Assembly: GCF_006345805.1 (NCBI RefSeq)
Contig: NC_043000.1
Location: forward strand, 75,702,001 to 75,766,000
DNA: 64,000 nucleotides
From: Octopus sinensis
Taxonomy: Eukaryota
Direction of reading: 5' to 3'
Below the pieces are notes generated by a model, which was given only the letters and a program-made list of their open reading frames with translations, was not told the origin of the DNA and searched no databases. Every line of letters starts with the position of its first letter. Positions within the stretch are counted from its first letter, which is position 1. The position numbers were made by a program, and so were the translations under genes. This document shows positions 63,309-64,000 of this stretch, piece by piece.

Positions 63309-63842
63309 TTTGTGAATATATATATAACCTGATTTATGTTATTAATTTATGTAGTTATATTATGCAGTATTATAATTAGTATAAATAAGTTGTAGGTTAT
63401 GTAGTGTATGAGCATAACTAGAATAAGTTTTAAACCAAAGGATTAATAAAAATAATTGAAGAATATATATTAATTTATGGACATTTAATTAATTTTATAT
63501 TTCTATATATAAAGTCATAGTTTTAAATTATTGAGAATTTAGATTTTTTCCCTGTAAATTGTAGTCTTACATGATGTTTATTTGATTATTTTTATTTTTT
63601 ATCATTAAATACATATATCTATTCATTTATTTATTGTATATTTATTGTTTATGTCATGTTTAATGAGATAGGTTTTTTGACAATGCTAGATTGTAAGTTT
63701 AAAGTTTAAAATTTTTTTTAACTGGTTTTCATCAAGATTAATAGCAGTGCATCAGCATGGCCGCAGCTCTGAGCTGAAACTTAAAAAAAAAAGGATAAGT
63801 CATGTTTTCGCTTTACATTAATATTGTTTGAATTATTGACTG

Positions 63843-63845
<3 letters not shown>

Positions 63846-63922
<77 letters not shown>
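63846..63922. repeat. (TA)n microsatellite
   Basis: Directly visible. Confidence 0.95.
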
Positions 63923-63926
<4 letters not shown>

Positions 63927-64000
63927 ATCTTCAGGGAGGCTGATCTCCCTTTGCAGGCTGGCAAGGACACCGAGATGGTGTCAGCCCTTCTGGTGATGTT

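Overview
AT-rich, repeat-dense eukaryotic DNA. The repeat families resemble those of a coleoid cephalopod (Octopus-like); this is inference from pattern recognition only. The one clearly recognisable host gene is a Rag C/D GTPase (RRAGC/RRAGD orthologue) on the minus strand. It has eight coding exons (50145 to 26128) with canonical GT-AG junctions and consistent phases, giving 372 aa plus a start Met in an unlocated upstream exon. The rest is mostly mobile DNA: several RTE LINEs (one family has a PHD finger inside the RT), a CR1/Jockey-group LINE fragment, a Gypsy LTR remnant with a tRNA-Trp PBS, a mariner remnant, an R4/Dong-like fragment, a Penelope GIY-YIG remnant, stacked non-autonomous Helitrons, fold-back MITEs and tRNA-type SINEs. 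Top observations: (1) a well-formed type I hammerhead ribozyme at 19231-19304 (minus) inside a scrambled tandem/inverted monomer array with local templated duplications; (2) a Gln-to-His change at the switch-II catalytic position of RagC/D; (3) two conserved Rag residues that are one A-to-I edit away from the metazoan consensus. All coordinates and alignments were read by eye, and TE boundaries are approximate.
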